From the NCBI GenBank assembly GCA_026770705.1, contig JANJGN010000026.1, positions 34,472,001-34,536,000 on the forward strand: a stretch of 64,000 nt of DNA, given 5' to 3'. The DNA is from Isurus oxyrinchus. Taxonomy: Eukaryota. The first letter of the stretch is position 1; every line of letters starts with the position of its first letter. The notes beneath the pieces are model-generated. The model was not told the origin of the DNA. It did not search any database and worked only from the letters and a program-made list of their open reading frames with translations. A program made the translations under genes and the position numbers. Below, in pieces: positions 12,653 to 26,070 of this stretch.

Positions 12653-13129
12653 CACAGCGATGGAACACAGTCTCACACCTGTACAAAAACTGTCTTTACT
12701 CTGTGTGTGGGAGCTCCTCTCTGATGGGGTTTATACAGAATCTCTGGCAGATGTAGCCACAATGTTCAGCGGCGCTGTCAGCCGCTCAAACACAAACCAA
12801 GGGGAAATCACATTCACCTCGGATCAAACGTCAACAACTGTTTGCAGGAGCAGCCAAGAGAAGAAACTGCAGAATCCGATCGGACCGACGATCATCACAG
12901 AATCAGATTTGAAATGCCCCCTCTCAATAACTTGTTGCTATGTCTCAGGATGCTCTCACCTCACTTCCTGGTGTCTTCATTGGTCTGTGAGATCCGTCGG
13001 TGGTGAACTGACTGACACCCCGAACTGGATTACAGTCATGTAGGGTAATGGCTGGACTTTTAGACCCGGGTCTGAGGGGAATCAAATCCTGGTCCGTTCA
13101 TTATCACCAGAAAACTCGGGATTGTTAAA

Positions 13130-13280
13130 TTGGGATTGGGATGAAAGGTTATCCGAGTTAGATGGGAATGTGGAAATCGAAACACAAGAGGATCAGCCAT
13201 GATCTTATTGAATGGTGGAGCAGGCTCGAGGAACCGAATGGTCTACTCCTGTTCCTAGTTCTTACGTTCTTATGTTCTTA
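13130..13280 (+). mobile_element. CR1 3' tail
   Basis: gatcagccatgatcttattgaatggtggagcaggctcg..ttcttatg. Confidence 0.7.
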
Positions 13281-13725
13281 ATCGTGATAGAAAACATTCC
13301 AGCATTAAGGGAACATTCTGAAGCTCAATGGTCAGTGGGAGAACTCTGAACCTGGGGCTTGTTATAGAGATCATAGTCACAACATGGTGAACGCCGCTCA
13401 TTGTGTATAAACTGTCTCTGATTCATCAACACACTCTGATCAAATGAAATCCGTGAACAGGCCGCGGTCAAAGACTCCAGAAAACTGATAGGGGAGATGG
13501 GGAAGGGTTGTTCAATATGACAGACAGGCACAAAGCTACACCAAAAGGTAATAAGAAAATGAAAGTATGAAAATCGATTATGGTACAAATGCAAGTTGAA
13601 TTCAGCTAATATAATTCCACAAGTGTTCCTCAGCTCTTCTTGTTTGTTGTTTGCTTTGGATGTTTTCGGAAGGTCCCTGTGACCCTCACTGTGGAGGCTG
13701 CTTTATTCTCCTGCTTATCGGTGCG

Positions 13726-13744
13726 AGAGCGCCCTCTAGTGGAC
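13726..13744 (-). promoter_or_regulatory. RSS-proximal CTCF motif
   Basis: GTCCACTAGAGGGCGCTCT, 22 bp after the nonamer. Confidence 0.75.
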
Positions 13745-13804
13745 GCCAGATGGAACTACCAATGGGGTTTTTTGTACGGGATCCGCTATCTCTGCAGCAG
13801 TGTG

Positions 13805-14242
13805 GGCTTCATGGCACAGAAATACACGCCGCTGTCGGACAGAAAAACCCCGGCGATACTTAAAGTAACCGTTTTGTTGCCTTTGTTCATATCAGCAGAG
13901 AACCTGGCTGGTAATTTTGGAGACCTTTCTTCATTCCCCGAGCTATATATTTTTAGCAAATATTTCGGAGCTTCCCCGCGATACTGGACGTACCAGAACA
14001 GAGTTGGGAAACTGTAGGTTGTCAAGTAACTGCAGTTCAGCGTTATGCTCTGTCCTTCCAGAATCATTAATTCAGAGGGATCCTGGGACACTAAATCCGC
14101 GCTATTCGTTCCTGTAACACAAATGCAAAATGTTTCAAAAGTGAGGGAGTAAATATAACCCCTGTAAATACACTGACTATGTAGACATATACTCACCAGG
14201 CAGCAAGGCCATTATTATCAGTAACGTACATGGTGAGCACAT
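13805..14242 (-). CDS. TRAV/TRDV: TCR alpha/delta V segment, family A, intact (leader 14197-14242, V exon 13805-14111)
   Basis: Leader MCSPCTLLIIMALLP, GT/AG intron; VSQDP..LNC..FWYVQY..DSGVYFCAMKP; RSS CACACTG-22-ACAAAAAAC (13767-13804). Confidence 0.9.
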
Positions 14243-15384
14243 GGCGTCTTGTATTGAGTTCGACAGAAAATCATAGATTATTCTAAATATGTTGATCCTC
14301 TAGTCTGATATTAAAGCGTAAGCCGGAACAGGATCAGGCTTCACTTATTGAGAAGCAGAGGGGCGTTTACCCGAGAGGGGATTGGCTGGTCTGTCAGCGC
14401 TGATGACAGTTCCTCACCAATCAATGAGAGCCGTGAGCAGTTGCTTTACCTCTCTCTCTCTCCCTCTTTCCTGACATGTTTAGCTTGTCTGCCTCTCTGC
14501 TGTGTCAAACTCTCCTTAAAATAAATATTCCCTCCTCAGTAAAACGCATAGAAATGACAAGTAAACAGGGGGTGAATACAGAATACAACAAATTTGGCAA
14601 GCATGAGGTTATGCGTGAAGACCTCCAGGCGGCGTGCCCGTCAGTCTGGAGTTTTCGCATTGAAATTGGACTCAAAGTTAATCAATAGGTGCCGTTTCTG
14701 ATTGTCTCATTCAGTGAAGCCATATTGACCACAGGGTATAGGGGCGGTGCGGTAAATATAAACTGCACAGGTACGGAAAGGAAATATGAAACAAATGTGC
14801 ATTTAAAGGTGAACGAGTGAAATAACTTAGGGTATCCAAGGCAGACAATAACGAACCAGCAAATAGAGCTGTTAAATACAAACATTCTAAGCCAGTGATA
14901 ACCATTGGAGTTAGAAATATCCCAGAGATCAAATAATCCTGAAAAAATAACCTATTCGCATGCAGGGAAAGAGAAATTTATTCGCAGTGATGGGTCAAGA
15001 GGTCTTTGCATTGGGACAGTCAATCACGGGGTGAGCAACTGAATGACGTCTGAGGGCAACATCAAATAATATGCCAATTGGTGAGGATGTCACTCATCAG
15101 TCATTCATTATATGAGGAAAATTTGAAGTTCTCCTCTCTCCCCCTGCTCTCCACCATTGAGGGTCCTGAACTCGGCAGCAAGCCCCAATCTGGAAATCAG
15201 TCCCTGATTGATCTGCCTTTTGTCCATCTTCATCGTCCTGAACAGAAACCCCCACAAGTTCCTGTTTCTAGTTGGAGCCCTGTTGCTGTTTATATTGTGT
15301 GAGTTTGCTTATCTAATCAGATGCATTATCTTACCAAACTCTTAAGAACCTGTCGTGGTTTGAGTAATTTTTCCTTTGTTCACA

Positions 15385-15666
15385 GCCATTCAACGTGAGG
15401 ATCAGAGCTCCCACCCTGAGTAGGTGGTGTCTCGGGAAGGGGTACGGGTTGAACTGGACTGTCGGCTCTCTGTTGGTATTGGTTATTCTGTATCCTGATA
15501 CAGACAAACACTGACAAGGGCTCCGATCTTTATCGCCTCCATATACCAGGAGAATGTGACCACAGGACGCTACACACTGTCCTTTGACCGAGCAAAGAAG
15601 TCCAACACATCTCTATAGACAGCACAGCTGTCCAGGTCGCCGGAATGTATCACTGCATGAAGCAGA
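15385..15666 (+). pseudogene. V pseudogene, family F
   Basis: EDQSSHPE*VVSREGVRVELDC..S*YRQ; frameshift; RSS CACAGTG(15667)-23-ACAATATCT. Confidence 0.85.
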
Positions 15667-15849
15667 CACAGTGAGTCAAAGAGCGGATCCGGCTGTACAA
15701 TATCTTCTTCACTGCCGTGTCTCCACTGAGCCTTTAACCTTTCCTCAAACGAAACCTTGAAAATGCCAACGATGTTCAGAAACGTTACTTTCCCTTTTTC
15801 AAACCTCCGTCTGGATAAAATTATAAAATCCCAAATCTGTTACTGTAGT

Positions 15850-16003
15850 TACTGTATCCAGAAACATATTCCGTCCCCACACTAGGAGATGAAAGTGTTG
15901 GGGGAAGGTATGAACTATCCCGGAACCGTGAGGAAAGCTCAACCACTCTCATGCTTAACACGGTTCAACTGTTAGATGCTGCGATGTATTACAGTGCCGT
16001 GAA
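15850..16003 (+). pseudogene. V 3' relic, family G
   Basis: NREESSTTLMLNTVQLLDAAMYYSAVK; paralogous to 27989-28262(-). Confidence 0.6.
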
Positions 16004-17168
16004 ACAAAGAGGCGAGGATCTTGTACATGGACTCTTTTGACATGGGGACTGAGGAGGCAACCAGCTCATGGGCTTTCGAAGTGCATGAGATACAAGTAGA
16101 ACGGTAAATTTCGTCATCAGAGCAATTTAATGGAACAAAATAATATTTAGTTATCGGTACGACAGGAATTGACCTGTAAAAATATAAGTTAATGTAATAT
16201 ATGTGTAAACAATGAAACGCTAAAGCAATCAGAACAATGAAAGAAGCACTGCTTGTTATTGGTACAGTTCCTGTACCTACATATTTACAGCCAGAATGAC
16301 GAATACTAGATGCATCCTCACAGTTCATAGGTTAATAAGCAAACAGGAAACAGCTGGCATTAGATGAACACGAATCGGGTGAACACATTGAGCAGCTGGA
16401 TAACCAAAGAAATCAATTTAAAGTCACGTGGATTTCTGCTCTTGGATTGGTTGGAACTCTTTGCTGTTCACACGATGTCAGAAGCAGTTTGTTGATCTGC
16501 TGCTCCCTACCCCAGCGACTCATATCAGAACATATCAGTTGTCTGAAGACCAGCAAGTTCTTCTCCTCCATATGGAGAGAACGGAAAGAATCCTGTCGCT
16601 CTCTGATAGTGCCTCTGGAAAGGAACATATCAGGCGCTGGGTGTTCAGATCCAGTAAAATAATTTACTAATAGAATGAATGGAGCCTGGAGAAATTTACC
16701 CCACATTGAAATCAACATCTTGAGGCAAATCCCAGCGGTCTTTTATTCAGATGCCTGTTCCAGACAATTAAAATATCTCCAAAGGGAGAAGGGAATTCAA
16801 AAAGAAATGCAGTTTTTCTCATTTTTGCAACTTTCTTTTAAGGCTTTCTTTTACCGTTGGTTTTCAAACTCGTTATTTGTACTTTCTTTTATTTATTTTT
16901 CTTATTTCATTAATATGCTCTCTTGACATGAATTAGCAAAGTTTTCTACCTGTTCCCTCACTCATTTTTCTCTTCTGTTGTCCGTGTATGTGTTTCCAAT
17001 TCTCTTTATTTCGCACTTTTTGAACCCTGTCTCTTCTCCATTTTCTAATTTAAGCTCATTCACTGTAGCTTTCCATTATTATTACCGGATACCCCAAACC
17101 GCAGCAGAGCAGATCCCCCGCTGGGTCCAAGTTTCTGTACGGACTCTCCGTCTGTTAGTTACGCTTTG

Positions 17169-17445
17169 GCCTCACGGCGCAGAGACCGGCGGCGCTGTCT
17201 GTCACTCGGGGGGCCCTCACTGTCATGGTGCTGAATTTAGTGCCTCCCCGGTTTGAAGCAGTGACACTTCCTTCTTAAATGTCTCATTTGTGGCCATCAC
17301 CAGATGCTGGAGGGGCTGATTCGGGCGATGTCTGCTCCAGCAGTCAACGGAGCGGTAGCCGAGCAGTTCAGAGATGCGATTCCCGCTTTACGGAGAACTA
17401 TCCGCCCAGGGAGCTGCCCCACCTCATCCTCACTTGTCACAGCCG
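17169..17445 (-). pseudogene. V pseudogene, family I
   Basis: EDEVGQLPGRIVLRKAGIASLNC; frameshifts; VTDSAAGLCAVRP; RSS CAAAGCG-23-ACAGAAACT. Confidence 0.8.
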
Positions 17446-18429
17446 TGTGGAGAAGTATGTAAACCAGTACGAAAACTCGGTAAATCCGGAACATTATTGG
17501 ACCGGATGAAATGCTGAGAGAATGAATTGTTCACGGAGTTCGGGTTAGAACTAGGATACGGATATCATGTTATATTATATTATATTATATTACATCGAGG
17601 AAAATTAACAACCAGCTAAACACCCACTTCAGGTCCAACTCAGAAGTTTCTTCGAGTAAAAAAAACTAAAAAGCCTGTGCTCGGGGTGTGCTTACTCCCG
17701 GAATTCCCATATTCGGTGCTTCTCACGAACTGCAGCCTACGCTGTCTCTCAACTCACACGCGGTACCACACACTCCGTCTTTCTGCAGGATACCAGCTCA
17801 CATTCTAACTTCAGACCGGGCCGCCCACACTCAGTGTTTCACACTGCCCTCTTGTGGCGTGTACTACTGATTGCGATGTGCTTTTATTGCTGCTGAATTC
17901 GACAAATTGTATTTCGTAGGAGAGTTGTAAATGGGAACAGATTTTCCCTCCTTCTTGGTGTTGTTCGTTTAGCCGGAGAAATCTTAATTCCCGCCTTTCT
18001 TTGCAGACCCCAACATTTAGTGTGTTTCTCTCCTCCAGTCTTATTTGATTATTCCTATCATAAAATATGTTTTTATTTATTGAACCTTTGCCTTACCCAG
18101 GTGTGTGCACAATGACACCTTCTTCCTGCTGTTTCAATATATCAACAGTAGTAATAACATTGGTAAATGATAATCAAAGAGCGAAATAAACTCTTTCATT
18201 CATTTAACATTTTTCACTATTACTGAAGCCTCGAAGGGCTTATAGTCATTGAAGCACTGATTGAAGTATGGTCATTGTTTAATGTAGGAAATGTAATGTT
18301 TAATTTCCGTTTGCCAACTCTCACATACGACAATGTGACAATGACCATATAACTTGTTTTTGTGATGTTGATTGAGGGATAAACATTGTTAATTCCAAAG
18401 CTCTTCTTCGATGCAGTATCATGAGACAT

Positions 18430-18630
18430 TTTACATTCACCTCAGCAGAGAGTTTCAGACTCGGGTTAATGTCTCATCGAAAAGACGTCACCTCCGGCGA
18501 TGCAGTTTACCTTCAATGATGCACCTGAGCGTCAGCCATGATTTTTGCGCTCAAGCCCTGGAGTGAGATTGAACCCAGAATCTTGTGATTCAGTTTGGGA
18601 GTCTGGTACCGACTGAACGAGGGCTGACAA
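18430..18630 (-). mobile_element. DeuSINE-like fragment
   Basis: gtcagccatgatttttgcgctcaagccctggagtgagattgaaccc resembles the reversed Deu-domain SINE; related to 25830. Confidence 0.55.
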
Positions 18631-18899
18631 TATGTCCGAAAATATAAAAGGATATGTACCAATTTCAAAGCAATGGTGCTATTTTTCAAAGTTCTTTGCA
18701 GCCTTCTAGACTCAAGACTGAGTCCAATAATCATAGATCATGATCTTTGCCTCCATCTTATTCATTTTTTTTTTTGCTGGTTCATCCTTGTCCCGTTTCT
18801 TTCTTTATTCCTTCAGATGGCTGTTACGGAACCATACATCTCATTTGGAGAAGTTATTAGTTTGTTTAGAATATTCATTGCCATTTTTTTGGCTTTTTA

Positions 18900-19270
18900 A
18901 AAATTATTTGATGTGATGTTGGCGTCGCTGACAGGACCCATTTGTTGCCCATCCATAATTGCCCTTGAACCGAGAGGTTCCTGAGGCTATTTCGGAGGGC
19001 CGTTAAAATCCAACCATATTGCTGTGGGTGTGGAGTCTCATGTAGACCATACCAGGTAAAGATGGAAGATTCCCGTCCCTAAAGGATATTGTTGAACCAA
19101 TAAATGTTGCTTTCATGGTCACAATCACAAAAGTAGCTTTCGTTTCCAGTTTTTGTGATTTAAATTTAAAATTCACCACCTGCTGTGTGGAGGGTTTTAA
19201 ACCCGTGCACGACACCCCGAGTCGTTCAATTACCAATGCAACAACATAACCACTAGGCTACTGTCTCCCT
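18900..19270 (-). mobile_element. SINE (same family as 795)
   Basis: Homology to 10380-10762. Confidence 0.7.
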
Positions 19271-20051
19271 ATTAAATATACCCACTACCACAAAGCAGGC
19301 AATGAGGGTCAAAATGAATAAAATCAAATGGAACCTGTGGGCGGGTCTGCCTGTGCAGGGTTACTGCTGGTTGTCTCTATAATGCCCAAGAGTTAATAGG
19401 GAGGAACTGCGCCCTCTATCGGCATCTCTTAGAATTTTGCGCAACCAGAACAAAGAGAAAAATGAAAATGTATCCGTGGCAGAATTCAATAACCAGCTTC
19501 CGGCAACATTTTCAGAATATCCAACTGTGCAACTATGAAGGATATATGAGTGATGTTAAAGAAAAGGGAATTCTACTTTGTTTGGGATCCTTTTCATTCA
19601 TAACTTAATCCAACCTTTTAAACTCTGTTCATGACCCTCGTTTTTTGTCCCATTTTCTTTCATTTATTTTTCCATCCTTGTCGCTTTTTCTGAATTTTGC
19701 ACTTGCGATTGCTGCACCGATTCGCTTTGCTTTTGTCGCTCACTCATTCTGGCTTGCGTGTTTTCTTCCTTTCCCTGCGTCTCAGTTTCCACCTCTCTTC
19801 ATTTATGAACCCCTTTAAATCTTCATATATTTCCTTGCATTTGCGCTCAACGCCACTCAACCCCACACCCCCAACCCGCCCTGACCCACCACTCCAACAC
19901 CGCCGCCCCCCCCCCCCCCCCCCCACCCCCCAAACCCATATACGGCCCTCGTATTTTTATCACCGCGCCACCCGCAACGCCGATCGTGGAAACACGGTAG
20001 AACGGAGTTCCCACTCTGTGTACGAGCTCTCAGTTTGCTTGTTACACTGTG

Positions 20052-20330
20052 GCTGACGGCGCAGAGATAAGTGGCCGTGTCTGTAACCCCAGCGCCTCTC
20101 ACAGTCAGGATACTGAGTTTGATGTCTCCCGATTGAAGCAGTGATGCTCCCGTGTTGATTAGTTCCTCTTGTGGTCATCTCTAGATGTTAGGGTGGTTGA
20201 TTGGGGAGCTGCCTGTACCAACTCACCGTGTTCACTCCACTGGTGATGATGTAGTTCATGGATACGATTCCCGCTTCATTAACAACCATCCGCACTGGGA
20301 GCTGCGTCACCTCGTCTTCGTATGTCACTT
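20052..20330 (-). pseudogene. V pseudogene, family I
   Basis: EDEVTQLP..SWYRQLPNQPP*; VTDTATYLCAVS; RSS CACAGTG-23-ACACAGAGT. Confidence 0.85.
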
Positions 20331-21872
20331 CAGTTTAGATCAAAACGGATAAGAAGGAATAGAATCTGCAAATCCGGAGCATTATCACGTCACATGGAAT
20401 ACCGGCTGAAGCAATTGTCCACGGAGATCAGGTTCGAGCCAGGAAATGGATATTATGTTCAGAAGATTCAACAAGGAGACAAACACCCGCTTCAGGTCAA
20501 ACTCAGAGACGTCTTTGTCGAATTAACGAAAGAAGCCGAGCCTTGATGTTTACCGCTTCAGGATTCACACTAACACCGGTTCACACTGTCTCTGAGCTCA
20601 TAGTTGGCCAACTACAATGACTACTTCACAGCGATATCGGCTCACACTGTCTCTGCACTAACACGGGGCCGCTCACATTCAACGTTTCTCACTGCGCTCT
20701 GGTGGTGTGTACCGGTAATTGCATGCTGCAGTTGTTCATTGGAATTCCAGCCAAGCTGCAGTTTAAATGATAGTTGTAAATGAAAGCAGCTAATCCCGCC
20801 TCTCTGTTATACGTCTCTTAACCGTGGACGATCTACCCCGCCATATCATCTGAAACGTCCAACGCTTCCATTGCATTTTTCTGCTGCATTCAGGCTGAAG
20901 CTTCATTCTACACTGATCATTCACAGTGTGACAAGAGGAATGTCCTAATATTGATCTAAAATCTCATTTTATGGTTTGAACCAGCATGTTTGCCCATATG
21001 GATACAGGGCGAGCTTTTCCATCGAATATTTATACCCTACCACTGACAACTCATAATAATAAATTATGTCGGACAAGCCAAAATGCCTGCGCATGTTAAA
21101 ATTATTCGTTGCTCCCACGTTCGTTTCTTAATCACCTTTTCTTCAATGAAGCTACTGAACACGTTTGAGACTCTGGAATTCGCCCCAACACTGAGCACAT
21201 ATCTCAGTGCTCTCTTCTGGCGGTGACGTGGTACTGCAAGGCATAGCTGTTCAGTAGTTTTTAGCTTTCCGAATTCCAGATACCTTTCGACAGTCTCCCA
21301 CCCTAACCTAAGCGCACTATTTTCTTTTCCTTTTTTATGCTTTATCTTTGCATTTTTGCTGTTAACGTTTGCTGATGAATCCGATTTCCTAATTACACCT
21401 TCGCCAGGATTATCATTTGTATATTTGTTTGTACCATTCCCACAGCTCTTCTCTTGGGACACCGTCCCCCTTGACATTTAACCTCTCCTGCCTTGCACCT
21501 TATTGCAGGCTTTGCTACTTGTATACTTCCGCCTTAGCCTGCATTTGTACTTGCCTAAAATCCGTTCTATTTGTACCTATATTTTCCGGCTCTGATAAAC
21601 CTAACCGAATAAAACTTAGACGGTTTCTCTCTCCAAAGCTGCTGTAGGCCCTGCTGAGCGTCTGCAGAATTTTGCATTTACATTTCGGACACTATAAAGT
21701 TTCTATCGCAATGAGGGAGGCCATGCCGCCAATTCTGTCTCAATAATTCGGCAATGCATCAATTCCCTCCCCCAATGTGCCCCCAAACATTTGCTTAAAT
21801 TAGTTAGGTGACTAGTCAGCTTCAACTCCAGCTAGGATTTTATTTCACACATTCTTCACTTTCTGTGTGTAG

Positions 21873-23457
21873 ATCTGAGTCATGGAGATTCTGTCACCTG
21901 GCCACTGTTAAAACAGAAAGAGAAGCGGTGATCATCTTCCGAGATTCTATAGACTCTGGAACAGTTCCTACAGATTGGAGGGTAGCTAATGTAACCCCAA
22001 TATTTAAAAAGGGAGGCAGAAAGAAAAAAGGGAATTATAGACCAGACAGCCTGACGTCGGTAGAGAGGAAAATTCTAGAGGCCATCATAAAAGATTTAGT
22101 AGCTGAGCACATTGAAAACAGAGGAAGGATCGGGAAGAGTCAGCATGGATTTATTAAAGGGAAATTATGCTTGACAAATCTACTGGAATTTTTCGAGGAT
22201 ATAACTAGTAAAGTTGATGAGGAGGAGCCAGTAGATGTGGTTTATTTGGGCTTTCAGAAGGCTTTCAACAAAGTCCCACATAAGAGATTGGCATGTAAAA
22301 TTAAAGTGCATGGGATGAGGGGTAGTGTATTGAGGTGGGTAGAAAACTGGTTGGCAAACAGGAAACAAGGAGCAGGAATAAACGGGTCTTTCTCCGAATT
22401 GCAGGCAGTGACTAACTGGGTACTGCAGGGATCGTTGCGGGGACCCCAGATAATCACAATATCTATTAATGATTTAGATGAGGGAATTAAATGTAATATC
22501 TCCAAATTCGCAGATGACACAAAGCTGGGTGGGAGGGTAAGCTGTGAGGGGGATGCAGAGATTCTTCCGTGTGACTTGGACAAGCTGAGTGAGTGGGCAA
22601 ATGCTTGGCAGATGCAGTATAAAGTGGATAAATGTGAGGTTATCCATTTTGGTAACAAAAACAGGAAGGAAGATTATTATATGAATGGCTATAAATTGAG
22701 ACAGGGGAATCTGCAACGAGACCTGGGTGTCCTTGTACACCAGTCGCTGAAGGTACGCATGCAGGTGCAGCAGGCAGTAAAGAAGGCAAATGGTATGTTG
22801 GCCTTCATAGCGAGAGGATTCGAGTACAGGAACAGGGATGCCTTGGTGCAATTGTACAGGGCCTTGGTGAGACCACTCCTGGATTATTGTGTGCAGTTTT
22901 GGTCTCCTTATCTGAGGAAGGATATACTTGCTATGGAGGGAGTGCAGCGAAAGTTTACCCGACGAATTCCTGGGATGACAGGACTGACATATGAATAAAA
23001 ATTGAATCGATTACGATTATGTTCGTTGAAGTTCATAAGAATGAGGGGGGATCTCATAGAAACCTGTAAAATTCTAACAGGACTAGACAGGATAGATGCA
23101 GGAAGAATGTTCCCAATGGTGCGGGAGTCCAGAACCAGGGGTCACAGTCTGAGAATATGGGGTAGACTATTTAGGACTGAGATGAGGAGAAATTTATTCA
23201 CCCAGAGAGTGGTGAGCCTGTGAAATTCGTTACCACAGGAAGTAGTTGAGACCAAAACATTGTATGTTTTCAAGAAAGAGTTAGATATAGTTCCTGGGGC
23301 GAAAGTGATCAAATCGTATGGGGAGAAAGCAGAAGCAGGCTATCGATTTGGATGATCAGCCATAATCATAATGAATGGTGGAGCAGGCTCAAAGGGCCGA
23401 ATGGCCTACTCCTGCTCCTAGTTTCTATGTTCTATGTTGTTACTGCTCCTTGGGACT
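21873..23457 (+). pseudogene. Family C V segment with its core replaced by a CR1 LINE
   Basis: FR1 at 21873-21930; YCSLGL at 23441-23457; RSS CAAAGTG-22-ACAGAAACT at 23458-23495. Confidence 0.75.
21931..23438 (+). mobile_element. 5'-truncated CR1 LINE, RT domain plus 3' UTR
   Basis: DWRVANVTPIFKKG, NYRP, SQHGF, YLGFQKAF, KFADDTKL; stop at 22998; (TTCTATG)n tail. Confidence 0.92.
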
Positions 23458-23789
23458 CAAAGTGAGTATAACGGCTCAATCCTCGCACAGAAACTCCCGC
23501 CATTACGTACGACAGTGGTTGTTCTTGCCAACGCCGGTTCTAATGCGGATCAATTGTGAAGACCAGGACAAAATGATTATTTCAAAATTCTGCCATTTGT
23601 TTCTGGTAAATTACAATATCAGCAATAACTGTCTTTAATTGGCGCACATTAGACTGATTCCCCGACTTTCTCTGAATTCGTTTCATAACGTTTACAAGCG
23701 CTCGCTACCAGATGGCAGGAGGAAGATGTTCAGCTGCTGGTTTGATGGTCGGGACGGATTACACACTGAGTTTTTATTATTATTTATTT

Positions 23790-24085
23790 ATTTATGGGTC
23801 AGCATTCATTGCCCATCCCTAGTTGCCCTTGAGACGATGTTGGTGAGCTGCCTTCTTGAACCGCTGCACTCCATGTGGTTTAGGTACACCCACTGTGCTG
23901 TTAGGAAGGGAGTTCCAGGATTTTGACTTAGTGAAAGCGAAGGAACGGGGATATGTTTCCAAGACAGAATGGTGAATGGCTTGGAGAAGAACTTCCAGGT
24001 TGTGGTGTTCCCATCTATCAGCTGACCTTGTCCTTCAAGACGGGAGAGATTACGGGTATAGAAGGTGCTGTCAAAAGAGGCTTGA
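23790..24085 (-). mobile_element. LINE 3' fragment (same family as 4770)
   Basis: Homologous to 4790-5070. Confidence 0.7.
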
Positions 24086-24781
24086 TGTGTTTATTTAATT
24101 ACTTCATTTTCAATTCAGAAATCAATATCCCATGAATGTCGGTGGTTCAGTTGATTCGCTAATAAATTGCTGTGAACACCATTATTTTTAATATAAGCAT
24201 GCTTTGAATATTTCTAATGATCAACTCATCCAACGTTGCTGAGCAGATACGTTGTCCGCAAACTCCCATCCTGCTAAAATCAATCAAATAGCCAAACCCC
24301 TCCCTTTCACCATTTAATTAATTTCAAATGAGGCGTTTCTCTATTGACCGCATTGTTGTATTAAAATTCCTCAGGGCCCACTGGCCGTCTGTATCTCACA
24401 CTCAGAGAGCAGTTCCTCTAACTGGCTTCCCGAACAGAACAATTTTAACAGTTTTCCATCTCTGTCCCTGCCTCACAAATTGAACCTGATAAAGGACGAA
24501 CACTAGGTTTAACCATCGTCCAGTGCCCAGATGTGAGATGAGCAAATTCACTTTGTCCGTTTCTCTCCGCGCCGAAGGATTTGAGATCCCAGAGGTTGTA
24601 AGATCATAGGTTTAATTGAAGACAAAGGAGTTTTAAGCTGATTGGATGTCAGCGGATGATGCTGCCAGGAAAAAACCAATGAGCAGAACGGCGAATGTTA
24701 CTCAATCCCTTGCGAATTCTTGACTAAAACAATTTCAGATTCAGCCCCTCCTGCTCAAATCTGCCCGAGCTCTCTGCAAAC

Positions 24782-25524
24782 ATGTCTCCTGTTACTTTGT
24801 ATTTATCCCTCACAGCTGCAGCTCTTTTAACCGGTAGGTTCACAAGTTGCACAACTCTGCGTTTCGCATCTTTACCAAACATTATGTTTACTGGGGCAAT
24901 TCTCTCAACACATAGATAACAGTGGATTGATCCCGGGTGAGGAAATCTTCCGTATCCACTTTGCCCCAACACGGGCTTTGACAAACACTCGAGTTTTTAA
25001 CCCATAGACGGTTTTCCGTTTGCCCGCCAATTTACAGGAAACGCGTCGAAATGTCCGTTTATTTAATCGGTCCAAACAGCTTCCAGTTACAGCCCCTGAG
25101 CTGCGGGAAATCTACATCTGTTTAGCCGCCCTGATTCATTTCTCAGGTTAACGGGCCGATTCTGGCGGGGACGTAGTGAAGTGACATTGTATAATTGAAT
25201 ATCTCTCTGGGCTCTTACAGGACATTGTGGAGGAGATTCCGTTTCACAGACACCGGCCGCAGTCACAGTGAGTGAAGGAAATAATGTTCAGTTGCTCTGT
25301 AATTTTACAGCTACAACCAGCAACCCTGACCTTTTGTGGTACCGTCAGTATCCCAGCGGATCCATGGAGTATCTGCTGCAGAGGAATAAATTTAGCGAGG
25401 ACACAGGAAGATTACCGGGAGACCGTTTTTCAGCGGCGTTTGATGATATGAATCGCACGGTCCCGCTGAAAGTGTCTAAAACTGAACTGAGCGACTCCGC
25501 GGTCTATTACTGCGCAGTGAGACC
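24782..25524 (+). CDS. TRAV/TRDV: TCR alpha/delta V segment, family J, intact (leader 24782-24833, V exon 25221-25524)
   Basis: Leader MSPVTLYLSLTAAALLT; GDSVSQTP..LLC..LWYRQYP..DSAVYYCAVRP; RSS CACAGAG-23-ACAAAAACT (25525-25563). Confidence 0.9.
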
Positions 25525-25829
25525 CACAGAGACACAGAGCTAGGCTGAACCTGTACAAAAACTGCCAGACTGTCTCTCAACGTAACCGTGCAGTAGGCAA
25601 ACAATATGATCAGGGGTGAGTCTGACCTGATTCATGTATTTCCGATGTCTCGTACTTTTAACTCTATTATATAGTTCATTCGTAATATGTATATTATTAA
25701 AGTGCAGTCAGTTTCTTGAGATCCCAAAGTATCTCACCGTCACTGTTATAAAGCAACTCAGAAAGCTCAGCACCAGTTGGACCCAGCATGATCCTACATA
25801 CAGTAATGTTTCAATGGCTTACCCGTTCC

Positions 25830-26070
25830 GGTGACGGTGATTGATGGATAGGTATTGTCCAGGACAATTTCCTTCTCCTTCTTCCAAAGTGGAGCCGGAG
25901 GCATCCTGCACAGCCGATTTAAAAGCTGGCCCCTCTGACGGTGCACCATTCCCTAAGGGCTGCATTGGGGTATCAGCATTGATCCTGGGCCTCAAGTCTC
26001 TGAAAGGGGATTGGAAGCTTGAAGCTCCTGATTCAGAGGCGATAGGGCTAATACCGGAGCCTCATCTGAT
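25830..26070 (-). mobile_element. DeuSINE-like fragment
   Basis: ctctgacggtgcaccattccc..ctcaagtctctg..attcagaggc. Confidence 0.55.

Noticed and set aside
16413-16718. Possible V relic on - (QAPFILLVNY..)
   Set aside because: No conserved Cys or Trp and no RSS; too degenerate to support
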